Assembly (NCBI RefSeq): GCF_018350175.1
Contig: NC_058368.1
Span: 170,998,001 to 171,062,000 of the forward strand
DNA length: 64,000 nt
Reading direction: 5' to 3'
Source of the DNA: Felis catus
Taxonomy: Eukaryota
Both the position numbers and the translations under genes were made by a program. Below the pieces are notes generated by a model. That model was not told where the DNA came from and ran no database searches. It saw only the letters and a list, made by a program, of their open reading frames with translations. Each line of letters begins with the position of its first letter. Position 1 is the first letter of the stretch. Shown in pieces: positions 36,859-50,900 of this stretch.

Positions 36859-38059
36859 TCGTGTGACTTGACTTTTAATCCAGACCTGAAGATGGGGAAA
36901 TGGTCCATGGAAGTTCCCTGAGACGTTGAGATATGATGTGATGGAAAACATCTGACCTCTCATAGGAGAAGGGGCTTCTTATCAGATGTAAGGAGCAAGG
37001 CAGGACAGGGACATGAAACAGATTGGTGTGGATATTTGAAGCATTCCAATTTGATGAGGTGGGTCAGAGAGCAGGAGCATGGTAAGAAGTCAAGGTGGAG
37101 ATGGGAATATGAACTGACTAGGGAAATAGAAGATTACTAGGTTGTTCCATTTCAGGCACCCCGCGGAAGATAATACTTACATGGAGACAACAACCTGCCC
37201 AGTTGTGGGACTTTCTGTAGTAGAAGAGCAGCCTGGTTTAAGCACTGAGAAAGCCTTCATTTCAGGAAAAAAATATTTAGGAAGGACAGTATCAGAAACC
37301 CAAGGAGAGAACCAAATTACAAAACACTGAGAAGTTAAAACACGAAGGTAAGTTTGACAAAAAGTGAGAAATATACATTTCTAAGGCAGCAGGGCCAGGC
37401 CATAGGTGTTGAGGGTTTGGGAGTCCTGATCATGTGGATCCCAATGACCCTGAAGCTTCAGGTATTATTGTAATCGATAGACACTTAATTTTCTGGTGAA
37501 TCAGTAATTCTTACAGCATATTTCCCCAGGTTGTTCCTATTGGAAATGTTAGCTATGAATTTTATCACCCCAAATAGTGGTTTCTGTTGTACTTTTTGAA
37601 CACAGGAAAGGCTAAGCCATAACAGATTTCTTGAGGAGGAGGAGTCCCATTTCCTCATGGAAGCAGAGGGACCTGTAACGGGTGTCCATTTCCACTCTGT
37701 GCAGACTTTTCAGGAGTTAGTCAAACCCCAAGGAAGTTTCCAGGAAACAGCCATAGCTGTGTGACTCACCTAGCAAAAAACTGACAGCTGAACAGGAAGT
37801 CCTACCCCACAGCCTATGGTCAGTTTATTTTTAGTCAAGATTCAGGAAAGACAGGCAAAGAAGGCCCCATTCTTTCCTTGGTCACAGAGCATAGAGGTCA
37901 ATAAAAATCTTGACTTGTACTGAATTTTAAGGGAGACCAGGAAAGCAGGCACTACCTCAGTTCTGACACTTACTTTCTGCGGGTCTTACAGAAAATTCTT
38001 TAGCTTAGAGGCTGAATGAAGCAATGGTTCTGTTTTCAATTTTTGCAGTCCTACTCCCT

Positions 38060-38245
38060 GAGCCAAGCACCATCAGCTCCATTTATTATAATAGCTATGT
38101 GGCCATGAGTGAGTTATTTAAGCTCTTTGTCCTGATTTACTCATCTATAAAAAACCACAAGAAATAGTATTGGTTGTGGGCACTCAAGGAGATAATATTT
38201 GCTGAGGCACAGTGCTTGGCACATAATAAGCATTTAGTGAAAGTT
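38060..38245 (+). mobile_element. MIR
   Basis: agctatgtggccatgagtgagttatttaagctct...ctcatctataaaa...cacagtgcttggcacataataagca. Confidence 0.75.
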
Positions 38246-38369
38246 GTCTCTTGTGTGGGCCTGTTTTATCTTCTGTCAAGTGACGTTCGTAGACTAATAT
38301 TCTTTCCGGCTCTGAAACTCTAAGATTCGGTGACAGAAAGGATTTTTGGTTAGTGTTATTATCCCACAG

Positions 38370-38597
38370 CTAGGATGAGCAAACGTCCTCTGTGAAGATC
38401 TGGGTAGTGGTGTTTTTGGCTTTGCACATCATACAGTCTTTATCGTGACTACTCGGCACTGACACCATAGTGTGAAAGAAGCCAGAGATAACACTTAAAA
38501 GAATGGGCACAACAGCTGTGTTCCAACAAAACATTATTTACAAAATGAAGTGTAGCCTAGATTTGGCCCACGGGAAGTAGTGTGCCAACCTCTGTTC
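38370..38597. mobile_element. hAT-Charlie MITE, MER58A-like
   Basis: gcaaac...ggctttgca..ccatagtgtgaaagaagccagagataaca..aagaatgggca..gctgtgttccaacaaaacattatttacaaaa...gatttggccca..gtagtgtgccaacctctg. Confidence 0.8.
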
Positions 38598-41500
38598 TGT
38601 AGGATAAAAATATGTGGAGAAGAGAAGTGAAATGCAATTTGTGATGGAAAAAGAACACAGAAAATCGTGACCTGCAAACTCGTATAACCTGCATATTTGT
38701 TTAGCTCAAAAACTTTTTTTTTTGTATTGAGCATATGAAACAAAGCAGATGTTCTACAACAAGGGTAGATAATGGAAAGATACTAAACAGCTTTCACAAG
38801 CTAAAATATTTATAAATATTGAACAGATATAAGTATGTAAAATGAGTGAAATGGAAAACAGTGAGTGGCCCAGAAATTGACATTTGCTACAATTTGAAAG
38901 AAAGCAAGAAGAAGGCAATCATGCAAAAAAGCATGAGAAGCCCAGGTTGTAGCAAAAAGCTAATGTTGTTTCATGAAGGAGACAGTTATGGATTAAACTG
39001 GCTTAAACGCTTGCAGGGTGATTGCTCAACCTTCAAATCACATTCGATCTTATCTGGGTATCTGAATGTTACCAAGGCTGGGTTGTGGGCTATTTTCTTT
39101 ATTAAGCTGACCCAGTGACTAGCCACTCAGCATTAGGCCTTGGTGGTATTGGGGTACCTTGGCAAAGTGTAGGCAACTCTGTACTAGTCATGTAGTACCT
39201 GGGAACACAACTTGAAATTATGCTGAGGAAAGACAAAGAAGAATGCAATGAATAAGAAAGAGGACATGAAAGGAGCAAATGAAGAACCGTTAATGGAGCA
39301 ATATAGATTTAGAGGCCACATCCCCCCCCCCCCCAGTTCCCCATCCCACCCCGCCCCAGCATTCTCTGCAGGACAACACGGGAGATCACTACAGGGGCAG
39401 TGACTACCTGCCTGGGCACCTCTGAAGATGCCTCTGTGTCACAGAGACCTTTCTTCTTCCTTCCAGATCTCCCCCGATGGTTCTCTTAACTAGCGTTTAC
39501 TAGTTTAAAAAAGAGCAAACAGGTTGGTAATATTTGAGCAAAAACTTTACTGTCTGTATTTTTCCATCCTCTCATTTCAAGCATCCTAATACTTTGCTTG
39601 CATCAGGGATTTTGCACAACAGAAGACTTGATGTCAGTGGCCTTTCCTGTCTTTTGTGAAAGCTTAAACCCTCTGAAGAAATTATGCCAGGTGTTCCGGA
39701 GAGGGAAGAGAGAGAAGTGACTTTCAAGGTGGGTGAGATCTCCTGAGACAGTGGAAGAAGGTGGAGGTCAGAGGGTCCCTCTAACATTAGGGATCACACA
39801 CTGCTCCTTGACAGAAGTCTGAGGGAGGGATGAGACCCCTGGGACAGCTGTCGAGGACATGTAGGAAAGCTGGCTCTAGATTCAGGGGGCCCCGGCCTCG
39901 CCTAAGCTTCCAGCACCCTGAGGGTGGCTGCTGGGGCTGGTGGCCCCCTTGGGACTGTGACAACAAGCATCTCAGCAGTAAGCAGCAAGGACAGTGGCCT
40001 GAGATCAGAGGGGCCACCCTGTTAATCGTGCAATGTAGAAGTTCCTGCACAGGCCTTGAAGGTGGGGAGTCCCAGTAATGACTGGAATTTACGTTTCCCT
40101 ACATCCTTGAGGGAGGGAGACCCAGAACAGATTTAAACCGATTTAAAGATATGAAGAAACATAACGATTCTTGCAAAATAGCTTCTGTGGGCTGATATTC
40201 ATCTACCAACAAATGTTTGGGAGTACGGGGTGGGAAGGAAGAGGGACTCTCATATTCTACTTGGCACCGTCCCTGGCTTAGAACTAGCAAGCTCCCCAAG
40301 GAGCAGATTAGGTGTGTGGAGGCAGCGTGACCGCAGAGGCTGAGAAAGAGCAGAGGGCTGCCTTATAAATCCTTCAGCGGGTAAATGAGTGCCCAGAAAA
40401 ACAGAGAGAGTGGGTGGAGTAACATAATTGAAAACAGCTGATCTGCAAAGCAGGCCTAATTTTTTCTGAACTAAGAATGAGTAAAATGTCTTTTCAAGAA
40501 CTGGGTGTAAAAATGGAACCAGGAGATAAAGAAAACCCACTATATTTAGTTGTTCACACACACGCACACACAGCTAATATAGTAGCCATGGATGCATTAA
40601 GAAAATCTTCTCTTGTACTTTTCATAACTTGTCTGTTTGACGACCCAGTATTTGAAAACTGGGGAACATAAGGTTTCCTGACCCATGGGTAAGCTTTAAA
40701 AGCCAATGGGCCCAATCTCATTGGGAAGCATAACCACTCAGGAGGCTCAGCGTGGACTTCTAGCTGCAAAGGCTGTGCTTTCCTGAGAAAAGTACAAGAG
40801 AATGGAGAGGAGAGTGGGGATGCCACCCAACAGGCCAGGTTAGCTGGGTCAGCCCTGGCCATCTAGGTAGCTAGTGCCCTACGCTAACCTAACCTCCCAT
40901 CCACTTTCTCCCCAGCTCTTGTTTCAATGAGATCAAAGGGATCCAGGTAGCAAGTCACTGGCTTAATCGATAGATGTGGTGTAACCTTCATTGTTACTGT
41001 AAAATATTCCAGTCATATTCTGAGTACTAAATAATTCCCTCAGAGCGAGTTGCACGGCAGTAATTCAAACCGTATTCTCTGGCCCTGGAACTCATTCATT
41101 TACCTCCTCTTTGTCATGCTGCCTCCAGGAGCCCAGCAGTTCCTTTTACCTGCATTCCATAGATGCAGCACCAGCTGTGGGCACCCATCCACTGAAGTCT
41201 GTTAATAACCACACAAGGTCAATAGTTTATTTTGAAATGTCACATAAAGGAGAGCAGAAATCACACAAAAGAAAAAGATTCCTTTTAGAAACAAACAATG
41301 AAGAGGCTCTAATAGTTAGCACCTGGGAAATATGATTTTACTTTTTTGTTTTGTTAGTATACTCATTATTAAGGTCCAGTCTGGGGTGGGGAGCCCAATA
41401 AGCTGGACAGACTTTGAGAAAAAGGATCCGGACAAAACCACTCATTTATTTTTATAAAATTGCATTCATTAAATGATAATGAGAGAAAACATCCATAAAG

Positions 41501-43084
41501 GTGAGAAGACAATAAAGCACATCCTTTCTCTTTGAAGAATTATGCATCCCCAGTGCACAGGAATTAACCACTATCTGCAAATGTTTTATTGAATTTGCCT
41601 TTCTTTTTTTCCCCTGTACAAAAATTGATCACCACAGATGTGGTCTTGAAATCCCTGTGGTTTCTGAAATCCTATTCAAAAGGAGCATATATTTTTCTAT
41701 TCCTGCAGTTTGAGCCACTCAACAATAGAAGAACTAAGTCAAATTATTTGATTTCTTTTTTTACAAAATTAGCATACTGGTAGATTAGCAAAATGCCATT
41801 GACATGGTCTATCTTTGTCCATTGGCTTAGTCATCAATCATTAAGCATTTAACGACCATCTAATGTGTCTGAAGCACTGGGAAAACAGACTTCAAGCAAA
41901 CATTGGTCCCTGCCCACATGGAGCTGAATTTAGTAGAGTAGGGGGACAGATCAACAAAGCATCAGGATAATATTTTGAAATATTATGAGAACTCTTTTCC
42001 TTTCTCAGAAAATCTTGTTTTACCTTGTGGCCCTTTCGCCATTTAACCAGGCCAAGAGACTAAAGCTGATTGCCCCAAAGAAGAAAAGACACAAAGAATC
42101 CAGCCAGAACAGAGTCCAATATCTGGCTGAGAATATAAAAAGAAAGCCTTTTAAAAGCTTTCATTTCTAAGAGTCTGGTGATTGGGGGAGGGATGAAGCT
42201 GGGGGTTCACTGTTGTTGTATTTATTCATTTATTCATTTATTTTTGAATTCTAAAACTTGCCCCTGACTCAGTAAAGCAAAGCCTGAAAAAGGAGCCAGT
42301 TTCTCCCTGGGAGCGGGGCAGACTGCACGATGACCCAAGCAGCAGCTTCCCAGCCTTGGAGGGGACTGAGACCTTTTCTGAGTTGGGGAAGGAGTTTTGA
42401 GAGGACAGAGAAAGGGGAGCTAGAGTGTTGAGATGCAAATGTGGGATTTGCCCAAACCAAGGGATGGAGGTGGAGGGTGCAGGAGTGTGCCTCCTAGAAA
42501 CATTAGGGTCTAAGAATAGAAGGTACCCTGTTCCCATTTGGAGTAGCCATGCTGGTCTTCTCTTTGGCCATTGCCCATGCTCAACAATGTGTTAGATATT
42601 TTTATCATTCTTACTCTGGAGGGTTTCATTGAGTTTTATTCAGGGGTGTCCCATGATATGACCTGTAGTTCTGAAAGAACTTTAGTGAGGATGAAGTGCA
42701 TACACTGAAGGAGAAAGTTCCAGAGACATGAAGAGCAGCTTAGAGGCAGTTGCCCTGGCATAAGGGGCGAGTGGAGGAGACAGCCCAGTTCAGTAGTGGC
42801 AACACTTCACTGCTTTATACCAGTCTAATCTTCGTACCAGTTTGCCTCTGAGGGAAGTGTGGGAGAGAGAGGGTCTGGGATTGCCCCAGTTTTCCAGCAT
42901 AGCGGGCTAGACGGTGGTGCCGTCAACCAATAGGCTCCTGAGCAGTAGGAGTGGCTGAGGAAGGCAGATGGTGAGTTTAGTTTTCATCCAGGCATGTTAT
43001 GAGGTCTTAGGAAATCCTTGAGAAATTGGAGAAATGCCAACTGGTTGATACTGTGGTAAGTAGTATCTGAAGCTAGTGGAACAG

Positions 43085-43241
43085 GGGAGACTGGGCAGCT
43101 CAGTGGGTTAAGTGTCCCACTCTTAATCTTGGCTCAGGTCATGATTTCACAGTTTGTGAGACTGAGTCCCATGTAGAGCTCCATGCTGGGTGTGGAGCCT
43201 GCTTAAGATTCTCCCTCTCTCTCTCCTTCTGCCCTTTCCTG

Positions 43242-43273
<32 letters not shown>

Positions 43274-43290
43274 AAAAAAAAAAAAAAAGA
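43085..43290 (+). mobile_element. Can-SINE (older subfamily)
   Basis: ggctcaggtcatgatttcacagtttgtgag...gagcctgcttaagattctc, CT tract, poly(A). Confidence 0.88.
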
Positions 43291-45225
43291 AAAATGAAAC
43301 TGGGTGTAACAAATGAACCCACTGTGCTTATTAATGGATCGTGATGATGTCTCTCAGGGGAGGTCTCTGGTGTTCTACCGGGGGGCTCTGCCCCTGGCAT
43401 ATTGTTTTTAAGAACTTGCATTTGGACACACAAGACCTACTCATCAAATTGGTATAGGATGCAAATTCTGAAGAAACAGCTATTACAATACATGACAGAA
43501 TAAAAACTTCAGAGGGCTGAAGCAAGTGTCTGAAAATAACAGGATGACACTTAACAGAGTAAATATAAAGTCCTGCATTTAGGCTTAAAGCAAAGTGAAC
43601 AGCACAATTAGAGGATGTTAAGGCCTGGCTTGGCAGCAGTTTCTCTAAACAATTGTGTGAGGGTTTTCGTTGGCTTAAAGTTATCGTGAATCAACAGTGT
43701 AATGTGGCCACTTAAAGGCAACCTTCTCTCGAGATGGGATGAAATAGAGCTGTGAAGCCCTGCTTCCTAGCAAGTTGCCTCAATTTTCCCAAGCTGAAAC
43801 AATTTTTTGACAAGAAAAAGAAATAGTTTAAAGAAGCCACAGATTAAAAAAACCAAGGCTTTTTGGTCACCCACTCCAAACATGCTCAGACAGGAAACAG
43901 CTCCTAACTTGGTGACTTTATGTCCCTGATTGCGTCGTCACTTCATCCAGAGGCAGCGAGGCGCTCGCTGAAGATCCACGTGCTCCCCTCCACTTCCCAG
44001 GGTCCTTTCGGTTCAGTTAGATCCACGTGATGGAGTTCTGGCAGGTAGGAATGCAAGGAGAAGTGATATGGTACTTGTGGTTCTTAACTGTTGGTGTGCC
44101 TTCTCTGTCCGTGTCTATCACCCCTTGAAGGATGAACTTGGAATCTTGTGTTGAGATGCTGGCAGTACAACATGGAGAGAGCCCAGACCCCTGAGTCACT
44201 GAATGTCAGCTCTGCTGACCCATGTGACTTCACATGAGTGAGAAATAAACTTTGATGGCTACCGAGCCCCTGAGATTTAGGGTTGTGTCTGTTGCTGCCT
44301 CTGCCATAACCTAACCCTAATAGTATTTATCCTTGAGCATCCCTGGTGTCTGCTGAGGTGTGTCAATGGTCTGTAGCCATTATATTCCTCTGCAGGGAGC
44401 TTTAGGGAAACTCAGCCTGTGGCTGGCTCAGAACCCTTTGATGGATTAATGCTGTAGTCACACACAGAAGGGATAGGTAATATGAATTTTAGGCATAGCT
44501 GGAAGAAACCACTGTTTTGATTTAGATAATATCAAGGTAATTACCAATTTATACTAAAGCATAAAAGCATCCATTCATAAAATCCAATACATTTCTTGGG
44601 CTGTCTCATAGAATATTCTTGTATACAATGGGGATTTTAACTAGATGCTAGCCAAGGCCCCTTTCGGTTCTAAGAAGTAAAGCAGAAATCATAAGTACTG
44701 GAAATCTTAGAGACCATCTATTGCTACCAAATGCCAGACTTTATGGATGAGGAAACCGAGCCCAAAAGAGGTTTTCATATTTGTCCCCAATTACAGGTCT
44801 CCTGAATTCTCTTTTCAATGCTTTTTTCCAGTATATTGCTTTAAAAATATTTTAAAACAAACAAACAACAGTAACAAAAAACCCTCCTGATTTTGCTCTT
44901 ACCTTGTAGGTGAGCTCATTCCTTTCTCTTGGACCCATTCAATCTTTATGACTTCATGGAAGAGGAAGGGAAATGTTTCATCAGTAGCAGAGAGGGGGAA
45001 CAAAGAATGTAGCAGAGGGGAAGAAGGGAGATCGGGGCAAGCATAATGCCTGCCTTATTCTCACAACTACCCGTGCCTTTCTTGGCCCCAGACCCCTGGC
45101 TCATTTTCCTTCAGGCCCTCCTCCTAACCACACACAGACACACACTGCAGAATCTGCCCAGAACAGGTTTCTTATCTTTATTTCATTCTAGTTTAAACTT
45201 AGTTTACTTAAAAATAAGTAAACTT

Positions 45226-45451
45226 GGGGCGCCTGGGTGGCGCAGTTGGTTAAGCGTCCGACTTCAGCCAGGTCACGATCTCGCGGTCCGTGAGTTCGAG
45301 CCCCGCATCAGGCTCTGGGCTGATGGCTCAGAGCCTGGAGCCTGTTTCTGATTCTGTGTCTCCCTCTCTCTCTGCCCCTCCCCTGTTCATGCTCTGTCTC
45401 TCTCTGTCCCAAAAATAAATAAACGTTGAAAAAAAAAATTAAAAAAAAAAA
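45226..45451 (+). mobile_element. Young Can-SINE (SINEC_Fc type)
   Basis: Near-consensus; TSD aaaataagtaaactt. Confidence 0.95.
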
Positions 45452-46529
45452 TAAGTAAACTTACTTTTTTTTTTTACTCCCAAATACTTACAAAAATTCT
45501 AGTTTATAATTTAGTTTATAATCTAGTTTATAACAACCCCAGTTATAATCTAGTTTATAACAACCCCAGAATACTCTTATCTCCAGGATCTTTCCCTAGT
45601 CTTCACCCCCCTAGTTTTAACCCTTTGCTGCAAATCTGGGGAAAAAAAGGCATCTGCCAGCTGATTCAAATGATGATCTTCTTAGAACCAGGGCAGCCAG
45701 CAGGTCACGTCAACACTTGTTAGGCTGTGTATCCATGATAGCCACTGACCAGCGCCATTGTGGGCCCAGCTCGTCCTTTGTTGAGGATTCCACTCATCAC
45801 TGCCATTTTCTCTCTCTCACCCTCCTACCTATTTGTTAACTTCAGTTGGAAATCCCACAGAGTAACCAGCAGGTCCCCCTGGCCCCCTTCTTCTGTAGTC
45901 GACCCAGGTTTATGGGAAACCTAAGAATTTCTTGATTCACCTTTTACTTGATTCCGTAGGAAACCAGGGGAATGAGGAGTGACCATTGCCCTTTTGCCAT
46001 TCACTACCCTTCTGTGCATCTCACCTAAGACCCATTCCAGTGCTCCAGGAGCACCACCTGCCACCATCCCGAAGCAGGGAGACACCAGCCTCCGCTTTAT
46101 GTCATCTGCCCACATTTCACTAGGGAAGTCTTGGAAGAGCTCTGCCTTTGGGAAAGCAGATGTGCGTTGAACTGGACCTCCTTCCGCACAGGGAGGTGAG
46201 GTAGAGAGGGGTACTTACTGCGTCAATAATAACATCATCTACGTGTCCCCTATCACATGCCAACTGCGTCTCAAACACTCTGCATACTCCCTCATTAATA
46301 CCTCATAAGGAGTCCAATGAAATGGGAGGTTTACAGAAGGTGACTTTTGGTGGTGGTTGTTTTACAGACACTAAGGTGGAAATATGGTGACGGCTGCTTC
46401 ATGGGTTCTGCTGAAATGCCTGGTCTTCACATCCCTGGCAGAGGGTGTCCAGCTCCTTTTGTTTTCAGTTTAGAGCTGTCTCCAAAATTATCCATTTCTG
46501 CCAGTCAAGAATCTTGAAGGAGCAAGAAA

Positions 46530-46713
46530 GGGGGTGCTTGGGTGGCTCAGTGGGTTGAGCATCAGGCTCTTGATTGCAGCTCAGGTCACGATCTTGTGGT
46601 TCAGGAGACTGAGCGCCACATTGGACTCTGTGCTGACAGTGTGGAACCTACTTGGTCTTCTCTCTCCCTCCCTCCCTCTGCCCTTCCCTGGCTGTCCCTC
46701 TCTCAAAAAAATA
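46530..46713 (+). mobile_element. Can-SINE (older)
   Basis: SINEC body; TSD tgaaggagcaagaaagg. Confidence 0.9.
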
Positions 46714-46829
46714 ATGAAGGAGCAAGAAAGGATCTTGCTGTGCACACCGTACTCTTCTGCTACGATTACCTTGGTGTTTACCATAGGAGGGTAACATGAA
46801 TGCATGTGTGCATCTGTTTACATCTGTTG

Positions 46830-47308
46830 ATCGTGCTTTTTAACTATAAAAGTAGTAGATAATATAGCAGCAAATTCAAACAGCACAGGAATAGAACAAA
46901 TAAAAACCAATCTTCTGCTGGTTAATTGCCTCACCCCTGCTTACGTTTAATGACTCTTATCAGTTTAGAATGTGTCTATGTGTTCTCTGTATATGGTGGG
47001 TTTTTTTAGTGTGTGTACACACATAGAGCTGTATTTGCTTTCATTTTTATAGAAATGAGATTATACAATGCATGTCTCTATATATATGCACACATATGCT
47101 ATATATGTGTGTGTATTTTTCTGAGTCTTTATTTCTCATTTAACGTATTACTATGTCAGGACATTTAGATCTGCCACATCATTTTGGTGGCTCCATAATA
47201 TTCCTGGATATGAATGTTCTATGATTCATCTCTTTTCTCATCGATGGTCTTTGGGTTGCTTGTAATTTGTTGCTGTTACAATAACATCACAATGTGCATG
47301 GGTGCGTG

Positions 47309-47365
<57 letters not shown>

Positions 47366-47970
47366 CTTTCCCTCTAGACTCAAAACGTTTCTGAAATAGA
47401 ATCTTGTAAGTGGGACTGCTTGGTTGGAAAATATGTTTGTTTTAAATTTGCTAAATTCTGCCAAATTGTCTTTCAAAAATGTCATACCAATTAACACACC
47501 CATTAATAGAATATAAAGGGGCTTATCTTCTTATCCTCTTAGAAACACTATATGTCATCAAAATATTTTTAAATTTTGCCAACTTAACCAAAAAAAAAAA
47601 AAAGAGAACTCCTTTGTTTCAATTTAAATTACTGTAACTGTTAGTTTGAGTATTTTTCAAAGGTTATTGGCCGTTTGTAATTTTCTGCCCTAAAATGCCT
47701 CTTTTTATCGTTTGCCCATTTCTCCCTCCCCTTTGGTTTTTTTATACTGCTTTGTAGGAGCATTTTAGCCATGATGGACATTAACTCTTTGCCTTTTATA
47801 TGTGTTGCAAATATTTTCCCACAGTCCTCATTTGACTTTTAAATGCGTTCATGTGAACTGATTTTGCCAAGTAGAGGTTTTGGCTTCTTAATCATTCCAA
47901 TCTGTCAGCCTTTTCCTTTATGGTTTCTGGGCCTCCTGTTAGCCATAGACGGTTCTCCCACTCCAGGTTT
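46830..47970 (-). mobile_element. Ancient L1M 3' remnant containing (CA)n at ~47311-47364
   Basis: T-rich diverged L1 motifs (tgccaaattgtctttcaaaa; ttattggccgtttgtaattt; tgttgcaaatattttccc). Confidence 0.7.
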
Positions 47971-50900
47971 GTGAAGATAGGGAGAGTGTGCTTACTTAGA
48001 GCCTGAGATGATTAAATTCAAAGAGGCAACAGTAACATAATTGATGGGATGCCAAGGAAAATCGCCCTGAGCCCAGGGAGGAATTCGCCTGGCCCACATT
48101 TCCCCTCCACTGTACTTTTCCAGCCTGTGGTTATTTGTTATGCCTCCAGGCAGCCCTGACTTTCCACTAAGTTCGCCTCCTTCCTCTCTCATTCCTGTGC
48201 AGAGAGCTGTTGGTTTTCTGTTTTTGCTTTTGGTTTCCTAGTCTGTTCTTGGCAATAGGGGGGCTCCATTTACCTGTAGGTCTCCCATCCTGAGGCTGCA
48301 TGCAACATGACTGGTTACATTTTCATCTTCCTGCACCCCTTTCTACCCCCCCCCCCCACTACTTCCTGGAGTGAGCGAGCAAGGCAGACAAAAGCAGCTA
48401 TTTGACACATCTGCCCTGGGTTGGCTCCATTCCAATGGGAAAGTTTGATGTTGCAAGCTTTTAAAAGTCACTCGCATTTCCCTGATTTACAATCATACAG
48501 GCTTCCTTGACTTCCTTCTAATTCAATAAGGACAAAGAAAGCAAGCTGAGTTTGCTGCTGCTTAGGTCCTCGGGGAACCAGCCCCAGGCAAGGAGATGAC
48601 ATAAGAGTCATTGTCTTGGGCCCCTTTCCTTCCTCCAGGGCTGCCCTTTTTCTCTTGGCTCAGGGCGCTCTTTCTGGGCATAGTCGGCTGTAAAGTTTCT
48701 CTCCCTAGTGAGGTCAACCACAAGCCAATGTCCTGACATCAGTTAGGTACATTCCTAAAACATACTGAGTATAAGCAGCGTGTCTGCTATGCAAATGTGG
48801 CTCCACCACAGCCACATTTCATCTGCCATGTTGAAATCCTCCTGTGCAGACATCTTGGACCCACCCCCTCTCTCCACAGTTTTCCAGGTATCTCTGGGGA
48901 CAGGAGGAATGCAGGAGATGGGGGACGAAGCCCAAGGGCTAGGATTTCAGTGAGCAAGCCTGAGAGGCATCTGGCCAGGACCTCTGGACTCCCAGCCCGG
49001 GGGAGGGCCTGCCTCCTCACTCCTGCCTTGGGGGAACACTACTTCCCATCTAGCCTTTGCTGGCACAGAGCAAGAGATTGCGGACACTTCCAGCATCTCC
49101 TTTTGCCTCGGTTACCCATGCTTTTGGATTGTTTTCTCCTGTAATCCTAAGCATTGCTTTTCAGAATAAAACAAGGTTTTAATCTACACATTTGAAAACA
49201 TTATCCTCCTGGAAACTCTCAAAACTCCCAGAAAGAATGAAAAGGAAGCTATGTGGATATTTAAATGAATTAATAAGTTCCCAGCACTTAGGAAGCCCTG
49301 GCTATATGTCAGCTTTTCTCATTCTCATTATCAGGAATGCTTTCACTATGCAGAAGGAGGCCATCTGCAGGTAGAGTCAGCGATGAGTGAGGGGCAGACA
49401 GCTGATTCTGCAGTCCACGTCTCACGGACTATGGAGTCTGCTCCTATCAGCCACATTTATGTTTAGGAAGCATATGAGGTTTTCAACTAGTGAGGTTCCC
49501 AGCAGCTTGAAGGATGCTAATATCTTGATGTTTCCCCCTGGGGCCTGGATGATGGTCAAATAATTCAGGGGGGAGAAAAGAACTTTTATCAACATAAAAT
49601 ACTGAAGAGAGATTAGAAAAATTGAGAGAGTCGAAGGGAAAGATGGGAGGGACTGACTTCTTAGCTGATCCTGGAGCGAAGAAAGGTCATTGGTCTAGAA
49701 ATTCCTGAGAGGCGTGTTTATCATTTGCACAGAGGCTTTTCTGAGATTGTCCTGATTTGGGATATTCTGTCCCTTCAAGAAATACAGACAAGGGTTCTGA
49801 TATTTAAATTAGAAAGCACGACCACCATATGTCTCCTTAGGCACAGGAAAAAAAAATGTCTAAATGATGCATGATTCCCTCTGTTCCACATGCATTGTAA
49901 ATCTCATATGCTCAAAATATTTTGAAGTTTGCCTTCACCAAAAGAAGTAGAAAAGCAGCAGCTTGGTGGTGCACAAGTTGTTGAGAACGCATTTCAACCA
50001 GAGGGTGCTGTCGCCTCTGTGGCTTCGTGCCTCGCGCTCACACACAGGGCTTCCTCTGTTTGGGGTGCCAGGAACCCTGCTAGGGATCCAAGTTTTCAAG
50101 GCTAATGAAGATGATTTAGATGTGACGTCTGAAAGGGCTGCGTGGCATAAGGCCTTCCCTGTATGAAATCCTGGCACAGCTGCGTGGAGAAATGCGAGTG
50201 GGCGGGGCCGACGGGGATGTGAGAAGGCTCTGGTGCCATCCTCAGCCAGGCTGGCCCTGAAGAGGAGTTAGAGAACATAACTACTTTTTTGTCTTAACTC
50301 TATCAATTTAATCTTTTTTTTTTTAAACGCTCCATTTTAAATAGTTAGCAAGTCATCCAATAAAACGTGTCTCTCTGCCTAAGTAGTGAGATTTACTTTT
50401 TAAGAGGCAGAATTTATGATCACAAGGTTAGCAAGAGACGGCACAATTACTGGAACAAATGGCCGCTGATCACGTAGTGAATCAAATAAACTTGAGCCTT
50501 AGGACAGTAGGTGGACTGTTATCTAATCACTCTTCATGAACCGTCAGGAACACCTGAATCATTCCAGGTGGAACACTCTAGAACATATATTCATTGGCCA
50601 TGCCTTTAGTATAAATACTCACCAGCCACTGAGGAACCTTCCAACACAGTAAGAGCAACACAATAGGCTGTTCTTATCCAATGGAGGCAAAAATAAAAAG
50701 ATGTGTGGCCTTTCATCTTGTGTCTTTGCTCTCAAGCCTGACCTTTAACCCTCTTCAGAGATGGACGAGCCCAGTACAGTCCCTCATGCCCCCTGAGCTC
50801 AGCTTATAGGTCTGAGATCCTGACCTAACAGTTGAACTTCTCATTCTTAATGATTTCCTTAGGTTTCTTTCTGTAGAAGAAGCACACTAAAGGCTCTGCA

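Noticed and set aside
40361..40390. TATAAAT as a core promoter
   Set aside because: Isolated motif with no downstream gene structure that I could support
50101..50160. 60-nt exon candidate ANEDDLDVTSERAAWHKAFP
   Set aside because: Weak pyrimidine tract and donor; no partner exons found
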